Below are positions 46,913 to 57,605 of a DNA stretch of 64,000 nt, piece after piece. A program made the position numbers and the translations under genes. The stretch's first letter is position 1. The number at the start of each line of letters is the position of its first letter. The stretch comes from Setoptus koraiensis (taxonomy: Eukaryota > Animalia > Arthropoda), in assembly GCA_048013815.1 (NCBI GenBank), contig CM106586.1, positions 23,684,001-23,748,000 of the forward strand. Reading direction: 5' to 3'. The notes under the pieces are model-generated. The model did not search any database. It saw only the letters and a list, made by a program, of their open reading frames with translations, and was not told the DNA's origin.

Positions 46913-49429
46913 TTAATAATTAAGAGTACATTTTTTAAGTCTTTTTGAGCATTTTACCATTCGAGAAACCTTTTTTAGTTTGCAAGATGAATTGTGCAAT
47001 TCAATTGCGTATAAGTCTGAGATTCCAAGTTCTCTTACAGATCTTAACTCAATCAATTTCATCAGATGGCACTTATCTCGTTTTGTCATCAAAGAAACGA
47101 TTCTATTGTCGGAACAAGCCTTTTGCATCAGCTCCGATATTCGCCTTTGTAATAAATTCCTTGTCATTTTTGTCATTGTCGGCAAAGATCTGGTTAGATT
47201 ATCACTAGTTTGATCGTTGCTGTAGATATCACTATCGTGGTTTCGAAGTTCCATCATGTCAAATGCATCACATATATTGTCAAAATGATCCATATTCGTT
47301 TTAGAATTTTCCAATTCGTTCGGGGGAACTGGACGGTTGAGTTCAAACTTCTCCGTTTGAGACACATTACGGTTTAGATCTACTGGTAGATTCGAGTCGA
47401 CGTTAGTTGAGGTGGCTTTGGGTAGGTCCTGATCGTGCCTCTCTCGGAGTCTCAAGCAGTTACGAGCTTCGTTGACATGAATGGAAAAAAAGCGAGGCCT
47501 CTCTATATACTGGTTCAACCTAGTCTGGGTTATTGATAGCCTAAATAAGAAAAAGTTAATTAGATTTAACTGGGGCATTGAGGGAGGACTCAGAATCTCT
47601 AGAAGACCGGTTGAATTGCCAGTTTATACTTACCATCTATGAGAGTCATATAACATTCTTAGTTGATGATTCTCTAGGTGAAATTTGGATTTCAACTCCT
47701 CGTTGTTTACTACTTGCTCGAGTTTGTTAAAATCTTCCTCAGAAATGTGATAAAATCTGATTTTTTCCAAAAGTATATCTAACACTTGGTCGAAATCTTC
47801 TCCTACACCTGTAACTTGTCCCTTATTGTCCTCAACATCAATATTATTCTTATAACTAGTTGTGGCGTGTAGAGTATTCCAAACAACATTAGGCTTGCGC
47901 TCATCAATCATTTTTTGCTGTCTATGTTCGGCCCAATCTATCAGAGCTTTCAAAGCCTCTCCATCGCTTGCTTGCAAGTAATCCGACTGGAGTATCTCGT
48001 ATAGCAAATCTGGCTCCAAATCATAGAATATAGGAAAACAAGTTATAGTACTGAATTCGTCACACATAAATCGAATAAGTTGTCTTCGAACCCATAAAGA
48101 CCCCTTCGGTGATTTCAACCATTCCAGGAGTTCCTGCATATGTCCTGTCGAACGAATATTTTCTAGGGATAAAGATTCTACTATGAGATTCTCACAACTT
48201 TGAATAAGATTATTCAATTCCAAAAAACTAGCTATGCTGTGTAGCTCTAATAAATCCGACAAAGAGCACAAGGAATGAACAGTTGTACAATTGTTGTTGG
48301 TGTCACGAGATTGCCTGCAGTGAATTTCTGTTTTACTATTTTCGTCAAGTCGGTACGTTTCCTGGTTGCATTGACAGGCACATGTATCCAGGACTTCAAG
48401 AGACAAGTTATCTAGGTAGATGGAGTGAAGGATAACACGAGCAAATCGCCTGGGTATGATAGATTCATCAAAAGTCAATTTCATTCTATGAATAGAATCC
48501 GATTTGTTGAAGTTGTTTGGTTGCTCGTTCATATCCTTTTGTTTATTCAGTATTATTTTCTTCAAAAAAGAGGAGCGGGATGCCAGCAATGCTTGATGGC
48601 ATGAATATTCGGTTTGACTTGAGGATGGATTGCAGTTGGAATTGAAGCAAGTCCGATATGATTTTCTTCCGTTGGCTTTGCTAGATTGTTTGAAAACCAA
48701 GCATGCGTCTGCGTAGATTCCAGTATCTAGCAAATGTTTCATGTCACTGTCCAGATTAGAATTTCCTATGGTTGCAGCTATCTCCCGAGGTAGATATTCG
48801 GCTAAGCTATCAACTGATGGCACACCCGAGTATAAGTGTTTCAGAAAATTATCAAAATGATAAGTACTCATTTCTGAAGTATGATGAAATTGTACCTCCA
48901 CTGTGCTACCAAACTTGTTAATCTTGCTCAACAATTCTCGGAAGTATGAACTTCGGACACACAATATTGGTTTGTGCGCTGGAAAGAGCTTGCCTTGATA
49001 ACATAAAGTTACATCTGCACAATGTTGCGTCAGATAGAGTGATAACAAATCTTCACTATATGAATTTACCTGTGGCCTGGCCATGTCTGCCTCACGTTTA
49101 TATTCAAATAGATATTCAAGGATATCATAAGATTCGATGAGATTTTTGAGATCACTGGTTCTGATGGTAGACAAGAAATTACGGATAGCATTGATTTGTG
49201 CAGCTTCTCTATTTGCTGATCTCTTTTTCACGCCCAAAATTGTGGATATTCTCCTTAGAGTTGATGGAACATAGATGTTTCGGCGTTGTTTTTTGATTTT
49301 ATGATTATCACTAACTTGCTGAGATACTGAATAATCAGTAAAACTGGAACACGGGATTGAATTTGGATCAAGTCTACAATAGTCTGACGCCTGCTGATCA
49401 CCATTATTGAGACTCATGGAAGTACCCAT
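46913..49429 (-). CDS. BTBD7: BTB/POZ domain-containing protein 7, 2 exons (49429-47634, 47540-46913), 807 aa
   Basis: MG- start, ARPQ...DLLSLY...CADVTLCYQGKLFPAHKPIL (BTB1), a second BTB and a BACK-like region. A GTAAGT...TTTAG intron (47633-47541) links to the 221-aa ORF, which carries YIERPRFFSIHVNEA (BTBD7 YVRPRLFSPYVEEA-like). Confidence 0.85.
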
Positions 49430-50343
49430 CTTAATTAAAATGCGGGAATGCTTTGTCTAGCTGGTTAAAATTCTATTCGATTATATAATATAATAAGATG
49501 TGTCTTATTTCAATGGTACATCGTGGGGTCTGGAATTGGAGATATCCCTTATTTGAGTGGTGCAGTTGGTAAAAATGAAGTCGTCTACTGTGTCGATTTG
49601 CCTTCATGATTATTCTTATATCAGGATTCGACACGAAATTTTTCAGTACAGTCCATCATGTACTTTGTCGACGTTAAAGACGGCCTCCCACTTGTTGTTG
49701 TTAGCCAAACTCCTAGTACGAGCTCATACAAAATAGTAATTGAATAATAAATAATAAAAAGATGAAAAAATAAATAAATGACAGATTTCGAAACTTCATT
49801 TCGGAATCCGGACCCTGAACATGAGAAAATCATTTATTCAATCATTATGTTCCATGGTGTACTTTAAGACACGCCCTCTATGCTAGAACTTTTTCGGCGC
49901 ACAGGGTGTACCGTTTGATACGTAGTATAAATTTTATACTGTAAAATGTTGTCAGGCATGCAGATTAAACTATTATTTAGAGATTGAGAAAGTCATGTAA
50001 CTGTTGTGAAATACAACTTGGATGTTTATTGATTGCTTGTTAACTTGTGATTACAAGATCATTATCCTAGTAATAACAAATAATGGTAAGACAAGATTTG
50101 AGAAGAACTTTAATGTGCTGGGCGCATGATTGTTGGATTCATGCAACTTGCACTGAACTTAACAATGTGAACATCGTTTACTGCCTCTGAGAAGGAGCAC
50201 GTGTGACGTCGGAAATTCATCGTATACTTTGGAGTTCAGATATTTCTCATTATCATTACCTAACATATATTGAAACGAAAATCTCCACCCATCCAAGATA
50301 TTCACGCAATCATATTATAATTATTTCCAATCAGCTATCTAAC

Positions 50344-50505
50344 ATGATATCCGAATTTGATTTGGACCAAGACTCCGGTGCTGGGGGCGACTCACCAGGA
50401 CGTCTGGCAAACAAACAGGTTTTGGGCACGCTTTATCAATTTGTATTGATAGTGATAGCTCTAAGAGCTGCACCTCACATCATGACTCTATTTGAGACAA
50501 AGTAA
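50344..50505 (+). CDS. TOMM5: TOM5-like mitochondrial import receptor microprotein, 53 aa
   Basis: MISEFDLDQ...NKQVLGTLYQFVLIVIALRAAPHIMTLFETK resembles the metazoan TOM5 pattern (human ...[26 protein letters not shown]) in length and TM motif. Recognised from memory only. Confidence 0.5.
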   Translation: MISEFDLDQDSGAGGDSPGRLANKQVLGTLYQFVLIVIALRAAPHIMTLFETK

Positions 50506-51145
50506 ATTAACATTTTTTCTCTCGAAACTAGCGTCTTGAGGTGCTAGGATAACACACCATATGATGTATCACAGTTAGTCGGATACTATCAAGAGGCTCA
50601 ATAGTCGACTCCGTTTGGCTCCAGAGATTCTCGAATGTATGTCGGATAGGAGGCAGCAGCAGTTCTACAAAGAACCTTTGAATATCATCATTGAAAGACA
50701 ATATATCGAAAATAAAGAAAAGTCATCTAATACTTCGACGTATTCTTTCGTTATAGCCAATGGGAATAGTTTTGAGAAAATTCGTATCATTACAACTTTT
50801 CATCTTTCATTCTTTAAATTTAGGTATTCTGTGGTGAATACACTACTTTAGTATTCACATATTGAATATCACTCGTAAGATCGACCGTCATTTTTCTCGA
50901 CTTTTTCTCAATTGCGTAATTAGTGCGTAACTCATCATTCATTTGTCCACATTTGCGCGTATTCAACAAGAAAGTTGAATGAATCAACACTCAGATATTT
51001 GGCGCAGGAATTCTGTGTGCATGTATCAATCTGGTTTCAATAAATTCATCTCATTGTTGAACGTCCATTGACATTGTGAGCAGGACACAAAGCGCCATCG
51101 GATTGTCTAATTATCCAATCAATAGTCTATGCAATACAAAAAGCC

Positions 51146-51415
51146 ATGAATCCGCGTCTCATTATTATTCTCGTGTCTAATCTGTTTGGTAGAGTATTCA
51201 ACAGTCCATTACGTATGCAACAACTGGAACAGAAAATAGCTGACAGCTATGTTGTGAGATATTTGGCAAGGAAGGTTGTGGATGCATATATTAAATCCAC
51301 CCCATCTATCAAGAGAATCCAATCAATTGATGCCAAAGATTTTAATCAAGTCAAAGGAGCTTTCAAGGATGTTATCAAGGAAATACAGGAAAGATCACGT
51401 AAGATGAAACCATAG
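51146..51415 (+). CDS. NCBP2AS2: NCBP2AS2-like small protein, 89 aa
   Basis: FNSPLRMQQLEQKIADSYVVRYLAR resembles the conserved L..RL(A/S)ES.P.RRAA block, and the C-terminal FKDVIKEI helix also fits. Recognised from memory only. Confidence 0.5.
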   Translation: MNPRLIIILVSNLFGRVFNSPLRMQQLEQKIADSYVVRYLARKVVDAYIKSTPSIKRIQSIDAKDFNQVKGAFKDVIKEIQERSRKMKP

Positions 51416-51502
51416 TGGAATGATTAATTTCTCTTTGATTGTAAATATTGTTAAAGTACACGATCAGATAGCTAGTCGGTTGACACAACATTTTGTTTCG
51501 AT

Positions 51503-52456
51503 CTATAAAGTATCCATAGGCCCAAACTCTGCCTTTGTGTAATAAACTGAACTATATTGCTCGCGACCAATCAATCGCCGACAAAAGCTATTGTGTTTTA
51601 CAGCCATCATTGAGCCAGCGACCAGAGAGGCCACTAACAATACTATTAAAATAAGAGTGATCTTCATGTCAACTGACACACCTGGGTGAGACTGCTTTGT
51701 AGAGCAGTCTAATAAGAAAAGATGGACATTCCTTTCCTTATACGTTTCAGGGGTAGCACAATGTATGTTATCGAGTGAATGGAATGTTTTAAGCCAGCTT
51801 TCCTCGCAATCGCAATGCCATGGATTTTGCGCCAATTTGATTGTAGTACTGTCGTTAGCGAAGTCTAATATTGCTGGATCCAAGGATGAAAGATTGTTCT
51901 GTGATAGGTCTAAAAATCCGAGGTGCAGTCGATCCTCGTGCAAGTCCATCTCACTAGGATTCTTCTTGAGGGAAAAGGTTGAAAGATTGTTGCGGGATAT
52001 GTCTAAAATCTCTAGCTTCGTTTCCTCAGGAAGATGTAGATCGAATATTTTTAAAAGGTTATTGCTCATATTGAGGGTTCTAACTGTGCTTAAACTGAAG
52101 TTTGCGAAATCTATCATCGCAGTAAGATTTTTGTGAGAACAGTCAATGGTGTCCTCATTAGGACAAATGCAAGGCAAGGGACATGGCCTTTTTGGTGGTG
52201 CTGTGGTGACAGGAGCGGGAGTTGTTGTTGTCGTTGTTGTGGTCGTTGTGAGCGTCTTGTTTGGCTTTGGTGTTGTTGTTTTGGTGTTCGGTTTGGGGGT
52301 TTTTGTGACTTGTTTGGTGGTGGTTGGTTGTATGGTTGTAAAATTCGTAGTGGTACTATTCGCGGCTGGTGTCTTTCCAGCAGTAACGATATCCAGCAAA
52401 TGGTATGTGAGCGAAAGAATGATAATTGTTTTGAGTAAATGGGGTAATTGAGCCAT
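51503..52456 (-). CDS. Single-pass LRR membrane protein with a Thr/Pro-rich mucin-like segment, 317 aa
   Basis: Signal peptide, poly-Thr tract, LRRNT (CPLPCIC...IDCS), LxxLxLxxN repeats, LRRCT (NPWHCDC), TM segment and short tail. Confidence 0.85.
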   Translation of the reverse strand: MAQLPHLLKTIIILSLTYHLLDIVTAGKTPAANSTTTNFTTIQPTTTKQVTKTPKPNTKTTTPKPNKTLTTTTTTTTTTPAPVTTAPPKRPCPLPCICPNEDTIDCSHKNLTAMIDFANFSLSTVRTLNMSNNLLKIFDLHLPEETKLEILDISRNNLSTFSLKKNPSEMDLHEDRLHLGFLDLSQNNLSSLDPAILDFANDSTTIKLAQNPWHCDCEESWLKTFHSLDNIHCATPETYKERNVHLFLLDCSTKQSHPGVSVDMKITLILIVLLVASLVAGSMMAVKHNSFCRRLIGREQYSSVYYTKAEFGPMDTL

Positions 52457-54220
52457 TATTGCGTTTGGTTGGTTGTTATTGCAAAAATTTAATTGATGTT
52501 AATTCTTTCTCGAGCAATAGCGTCTGTCCAGTGTGTGTTTGTTACGATATGATGAACGATACGATAATGACTAAATTCCTCGTATACACATTGTCCTATG
52601 TGTCGTCTTGTAGTTATCAATGTGAGATATCTGGTTGTTAGTGATAATAGTATTTACATTGTGCCAACAGGTTGAGTGTATAAATTTTTGAGATTGCTGG
52701 ACTGTGATTAATCAATAATGAATGTGCCTTCACGTAGACATTGCTATACTATGAAAAATTGTTGATAATGTTATTATGATTATTGGTTTATTATATCAAC
52801 GCATCAATGTATCATTCGGGCGAATGATCGAAGAGCGATAGTGCGTCATGCGAATCGCTGTTGTGTTATAACTACTGATGATGATGTTGCGTTCGCAACC
52901 ACATCAGTGGATAGATCGCATGTATTGTTGTTGAGTCGAAATGTGCATTGTGGTGGTACTTTTCCTTTCAGGCTTTACACACACACTTGAGCGTACACTA
53001 GCTGCTGCTGCTACTTTCAAGTCAGTGTCACTAACTACGAGAATGGAAGGCAAGAACAACAAGTGGCGACAACACACTTTTATCATTACCAATTATAAGA
53101 GGGTCAGTGCGTTTGATTTGTCTAGACAGGGGCGGTCGATTAAGTTGAAAGGTTGAAATGGCTCGACTAGCCAGCAGTAGTCATTGTTGTAAGCGGCTAG
53201 CCGAGCTACATAGTACTTTGATGTCATCATACATCTTGATTCTGACTGGAATGTACCAACATCATTGCGAGAAACTGTCACTACATGCCTCAAGTCTTTA
53301 CCAGTGTCTTCAACAAGTGGACTCTATGAGATGATCAAGGAATGTCAGCTTCATTCATCTTCATCCGTAAACGCCAATCAATCGATTGCGCTCTTACTCG
53401 CATAATACGAGTCGTATTCACAGGTTCATGTGAATATCCGTATACAGAGCGATGGATGTTCACGATTTACGCGAAATATCCGTGAATATCAATGAGGATT
53501 GCACCGCCAAAGATGGTGATGATAAATTTGAATTGACACAACATGCAAAATGTCCTTGTTCATAATGTGGACGTAATTTACCAGGGCGGCGTCCCATAGC
53601 CGAGATCAGCATAATCGCATGATGATGCGAATCGCATCGCATAATGGATTGCGCAACAGACTATACATACTAATTAAAAACAATATCTACCAGCGCCACT
53701 GGCGGATTTTTTTCACAACACTATAGAATTTGCATCTTTCGAATCTTCGCGCACTAAAAGAACGCATGCGCTCAATGACAAACTCACGCATGCTTTTCCG
53801 TTAGCAACAAATAAAAGATTCAGTTTGGATTGAAATGTATTAGTGGTTCCTGATTAGTGATTGCCAATCAAGGCATTCACCGACTGGACATTGGACAGGT
53901 TAGTAGCATTATTTTAATCATTACTATTATTTATCTATTAATCTTCTATCGCGACCCTTTGCTCCGTGCCGAGTTTATCCTGCTCGGCAGCGGCGTTCCC
54001 TGGGTCGGATAACAACCTTTAGTTCGTTAATTCGAAGGATCAAAGTTATGGTGTCTGAATACGCTATGTACCTCAATTTATATATAACCTAGATTGCGGT
54101 ATACGATTTTCAGTCAACAAGTTCACTATACCCTAAAACCCTCATCTTCCGACAACTTAGTCCTAATCAATATCTATTTCTCTTCTACAATTATCAACAC
54201 CATCATTTGCAGATATCACA

Positions 54221-54622
54221 ATGCAGGTGCCAGAGAAACTGTCCGTTCTTGGGCACGAAATTCATCCTCCGATATTCAGAGGATCTACATATGAAGACCC
54301 CATATACAGTAGCGACCCGTCTCTAGAATTACCCCCAATTCCCACCACACTCACCCTTGAAGATGAACGAGTTCACGATAGCATATCTAATAACAATTCT
54401 CTCGTTGTTACCGATGGCCTAAATGAACCGGCTGCATTAGATGATACCATCCGTACTAGTCAATCTTACAGTAGTGGCATAACAAGACAAGTTCGACATC
54501 TTCACAACAGAGTGAAATTGCTGGAAGAAGAACTTCAGACACAACATACTCGTCAAATGTATCTCATCGGTATTATGTCGCTCTACTTTCTCATTAAAGG
54601 TCTTAATTGGATAAGACATTAG
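54221..54622 (+). CDS. MFF: Mitochondrial fission factor (MFF/Tango11-like); may have a short upstream exon
   Basis: MQVPEKLSV repeat motif, P.TLTL motif, coiled coil RQVRHLHNRVKLLEEE and a C-terminal TM ending W.RH. A TTTGCAG acceptor lies just upstream. Confidence 0.8.
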   Translation: MQVPEKLSVLGHEIHPPIFRGSTYEDPIYSSDPSLELPPIPTTLTLEDERVHDSISNNNSLVVTDGLNEPAALDDTIRTSQSYSSGITRQVRHLHNRVKLLEEELQTQHTRQMYLIGIMSLYFLIKGLNWIRH

Positions 54623-55565
54623 CGAGATCTTCGACAGAAAAGTAGAGAGGATTTAATGTTTTTGTTATTCTACTAATCTTAGGGAACTCGCGGTATAAGG
54701 TTCGTAACTCAATGGAATTTTTTAAATCATTAAAGGAAGCACTAGCTTCAACTACTGCCAATGTATTCCTCGCTATTTTCTGGTCTGACTCGAGTTTCTC
54801 GCCCATCGTAGTTAACCATTTGCCCTGATTGAGAAAATCTAGGCTTCCTTCGTGTTGCGAGCCAACGTTTTTGAGATCGCGAAACAAGCATGTTATCAGA
54901 GCAGCATTTAGCTGACTTGGTTTTTGTGGAAATTTTCCCTCCAAAAGCTGGATGAAGTTAGAATAAAGTACAGCGTAGTCGGGCCGATCTTTCTGTTGAG
55001 AGCTCGAGTCGTCGGCCTGTTGGCCTGGATTGGCTAGCTGTTCTTTTGATGAATCTTCATCTGTCTTGGCGTAATGGTCACACATTTTTCTAATTACATC
55101 GGCATATATTTCGTCTATGTTTATTTTCCTATCGAAGTTACTAATTGATTGGGTTATAAAGTTTTGCCACTCATCAAATGGCTTGTCCGGATTCTCCTCT
55201 GGGGTTTCTCTCAACTGACTTCGTCTCTTATAAGAATCTACGATTCCTTTGATCTCGAGTTCTGACTTGTTGGGTAGGACAGCCTTCAGTAGAGTCATAT
55301 TCTGAAAGAAATGGAAACCGTGTTGGTTGTACGCCTCTAGAAGGGTTTTCTTTTCTTTCAGTGTTAGACGTGTGCGATTTTCCTCCATGGAACCTTTGAA
55401 TACTGATGGTTTTCCCGGCTCGATCCTGACCTTCTTGCCCATCATGTGACCAACAGTCTTGACAAGAGCCATCTTGTCGGTCAACAAACCACTCTTTTTT
55501 CTCTTTACCATGATTGTGGCAGTGGTTTCTGAACTATCTGTTGTTTCTAAGTAAGTCAGTAACAT
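54603..55565 (-). CDS. SNAPC2: SNAPC2 (SNAP45)-like snRNA-activating complex subunit, 320 aa
   Basis: SANT-like EKKTLL...LPNKSELEI, PDYAVLY...LL.GK.P, and C-terminal LNPLY resemble SNAPC2 blocks. Recognised from memory only. Confidence 0.5.
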   Translation of the reverse strand: MLLTYLETTDSSETTATIMVKRKKSGLLTDKMALVKTVGHMMGKKVRIEPGKPSVFKGSMEENRTRLTLKEKKTLLEAYNQHGFHFFQNMTLLKAVLPNKSELEIKGIVDSYKRRSQLRETPEENPDKPFDEWQNFITQSISNFDRKINIDEIYADVIRKMCDHYAKTDEDSSKEQLANPGQQADDSSSQQKDRPDYAVLYSNFIQLLEGKFPQKPSQLNAALITCLFRDLKNVGSQHEGSLDFLNQGKWLTTMGEKLESDQKIARNTLAVVEASASFNDLKNSIELRTLYREFPKISRITKTLNPLYFSVEDLANVLSN

Positions 55566-55750
55566 CCATATATAACTTTATTCGGAACGGGCTTACGTTC
55601 AGTGGTCAGCACTAGAAATGGCTTCTACTGATTGCGTACTTGAGTATTAAAATCAACAAACTGGTGAAGCGCGCGAATTCGAAATCCGCAACAATTTTTT
55701 GTCGCCGTTATAACATGTCTCTTGTGAGGAACCCTCTATAAGAATAGTTA

Positions 55751-56635
55751 CTAAAATCCGCTTACATAATGAGTTATAAATAAGTATATCCAGGCCACTA
55801 TTCCAGAAATGGTTAACAATACCATAGAAGTTCCATTCTCTATAATACTGGGTACATTAGGCAGACCCGCATAGTTGCAGAAAGAGTGAACCATGAAAGA
55901 TGCCCAAAGAGACTTGGTTGCTAGGAATATTGTTGCCACATACATACCAAATAATGTGGTATACCCAATTTGCAGCAACGATTGTGATAAACTTTGTCTT
56001 TCCATATCCTTGAATACATATTGCATGACATATGGATGGAAGTGTACAACTCCAAAAAGGAAGCTTGACATAAAAATTGAGCTGGTTGTCGACAAACTAA
56101 CTATCATGATGGAACAGTTAATGGCACGGAATACTATTTCCTCTGTGATAGGTCCTATAATGTAGTTTTTTAAGATTTGTAATACATTTCGTCTATCATA
56201 TGCGAATGGCTCAAAAGATAATCTGCCATTAGAGATGTCTAAGATGACTGGTCCTACAAACAAAGGAATAGTTACAAAAACCGGCATAACAATGTCATGA
56301 AATAAATTTGGCATTCTTATTGAGTACATAAAGTAACTCCATGATTTCGGATTATTGCTCTTGTCTAAATACAACACAAGAACGCTGATAATTGAAGCAA
56401 CAATTATGCTGATGAATCTCCTAATGATGGTGGCTGGTTGCGATCTGAAAATAGGCGATAGTGATGCGTATTAGTAAAGATTATTGGATTTAATCAGTTT
56501 TTGATAGCAATAGACCAGATAGTATACATACCTCCTTCTATGCCTTGGCCATATGTAAAGTAAAACAACAAATAAAAGGCTAATTCCGCATGATTTTACT
56601 AAAGGACTTTCGAGAGCGACGACTGAAGTGACCAT
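55751..56635 (-). CDS. RCE1: CAAX prenyl protease 2 (RCE1), 2 exons (56635-56532, 56444-55751), 265 aa
   Basis: Catalytic motifs PITEEIVFRA, FGVVHFH and VHSFCN. A GTATGT...TTTTCAG intron joins LLYIWPRHRRR to SQPATIIRRF. Confidence 0.9.
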
Positions 56636-57410
56636 GTCAACGAAGAAAATTTAGAACTATATCCAATTGTTATCCGTATAAAATTATTGTTGAATGTACA
56701 AGTTCGTACTAGTTCGTCGTGAGTGATAATTAATGTTTTTACAGTAATCAATTAGCGGTTTGTCTAGTTTACCGTAAAACATTTCATGAATGCACAACAC
56801 GTGTATATTTTTGGTTTTCGTTGGCGGCACATCAGCTGACATTGATGATTCTTTTCCATCGCGCGTTTCCCGGGCTCTGACGGCTCACATCTTCCCATGT
56901 TTATTGAAAAGAATAATGAGAAAAGGAGCTCATATTATCTCAGTTTTACTTGCCAAGTAGGAATCAATAGATCGAAGTGAGCGAAGTTACAACCGGAAGA
57001 GTGCGCTCACAAAAAGGAATCAATTTTTCCGAAGTGGTCGATCTTCATGATGTCTAGAGAGCGAAAAAGTATCCAAATGATCGAAGATCTAAATAGAGAT
57101 TTCTCCCTCCCTTCTGCTTGTCGTCATCATCAGACATTTGTCACATAGTAGAGTGTGGATTCAGATGTCAAATGATGCTCGTAATTGCTATCACGCCTCT
57201 TGTTCTCAGCTTGTTCTCTATGGTTGACTACTGAGGCTTTGCAGCGCCATAGTTTCTCGTCGCTCATCATATCAGCGTCCAACAGTCATAAAACATCATA
57301 AAATCTCAGTTCTTGTCACTATTACTGAAGCATTTCGTTATACACTTGCTACGCTCTATACTAATACACACACACATACAATTTGCAAGAATTCGTGTCA
57401 AGCTCAATTT

Positions 57411-57574
57411 TGTTTGGGGTTAGGTAGATTAATGTGTGAGAGAGCTACTTCTTTTTTTTTTTTTTTGTGGTGTGTGTGTTTTTTGGGTTTGTTTTTTTTG
57501 GGGGGGTGTGTTTTTTGTGTTTTTTTGTGTTTTTGGGGGTGTGTGTTGTGTGGTGTGTTGTTTTTTTTTTTGTG

Positions 57575-57605
<31 letters not shown>

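Larger units (their letters stand above)
36111..48674. repeat. Head-to-tail tandem array: partial unit about 36111-37857, unit 1 37858-42915 (5058 bp), unit 2 42916-48674 (5058 bp plus a 701-bp insert)
   Basis: ORF offsets are 5058 before and 5759 after the insert. An identical chimeric junction (TTCTTCCGTTG|TAGTGG) occurs at 37857 and 42915, while the intact BTBD7 reads TTCTTCCGTTG|GCTTTG at 48674. Confidence 0.93.

Noticed and set aside
53950-54020. GC-rich hairpin (GCCGAG...CTCGGC) as a structured ncRNA
   Set aside because: No match to remembered snRNA, tRNA or SRP motifs. A 6-bp stem is compatible with chance.
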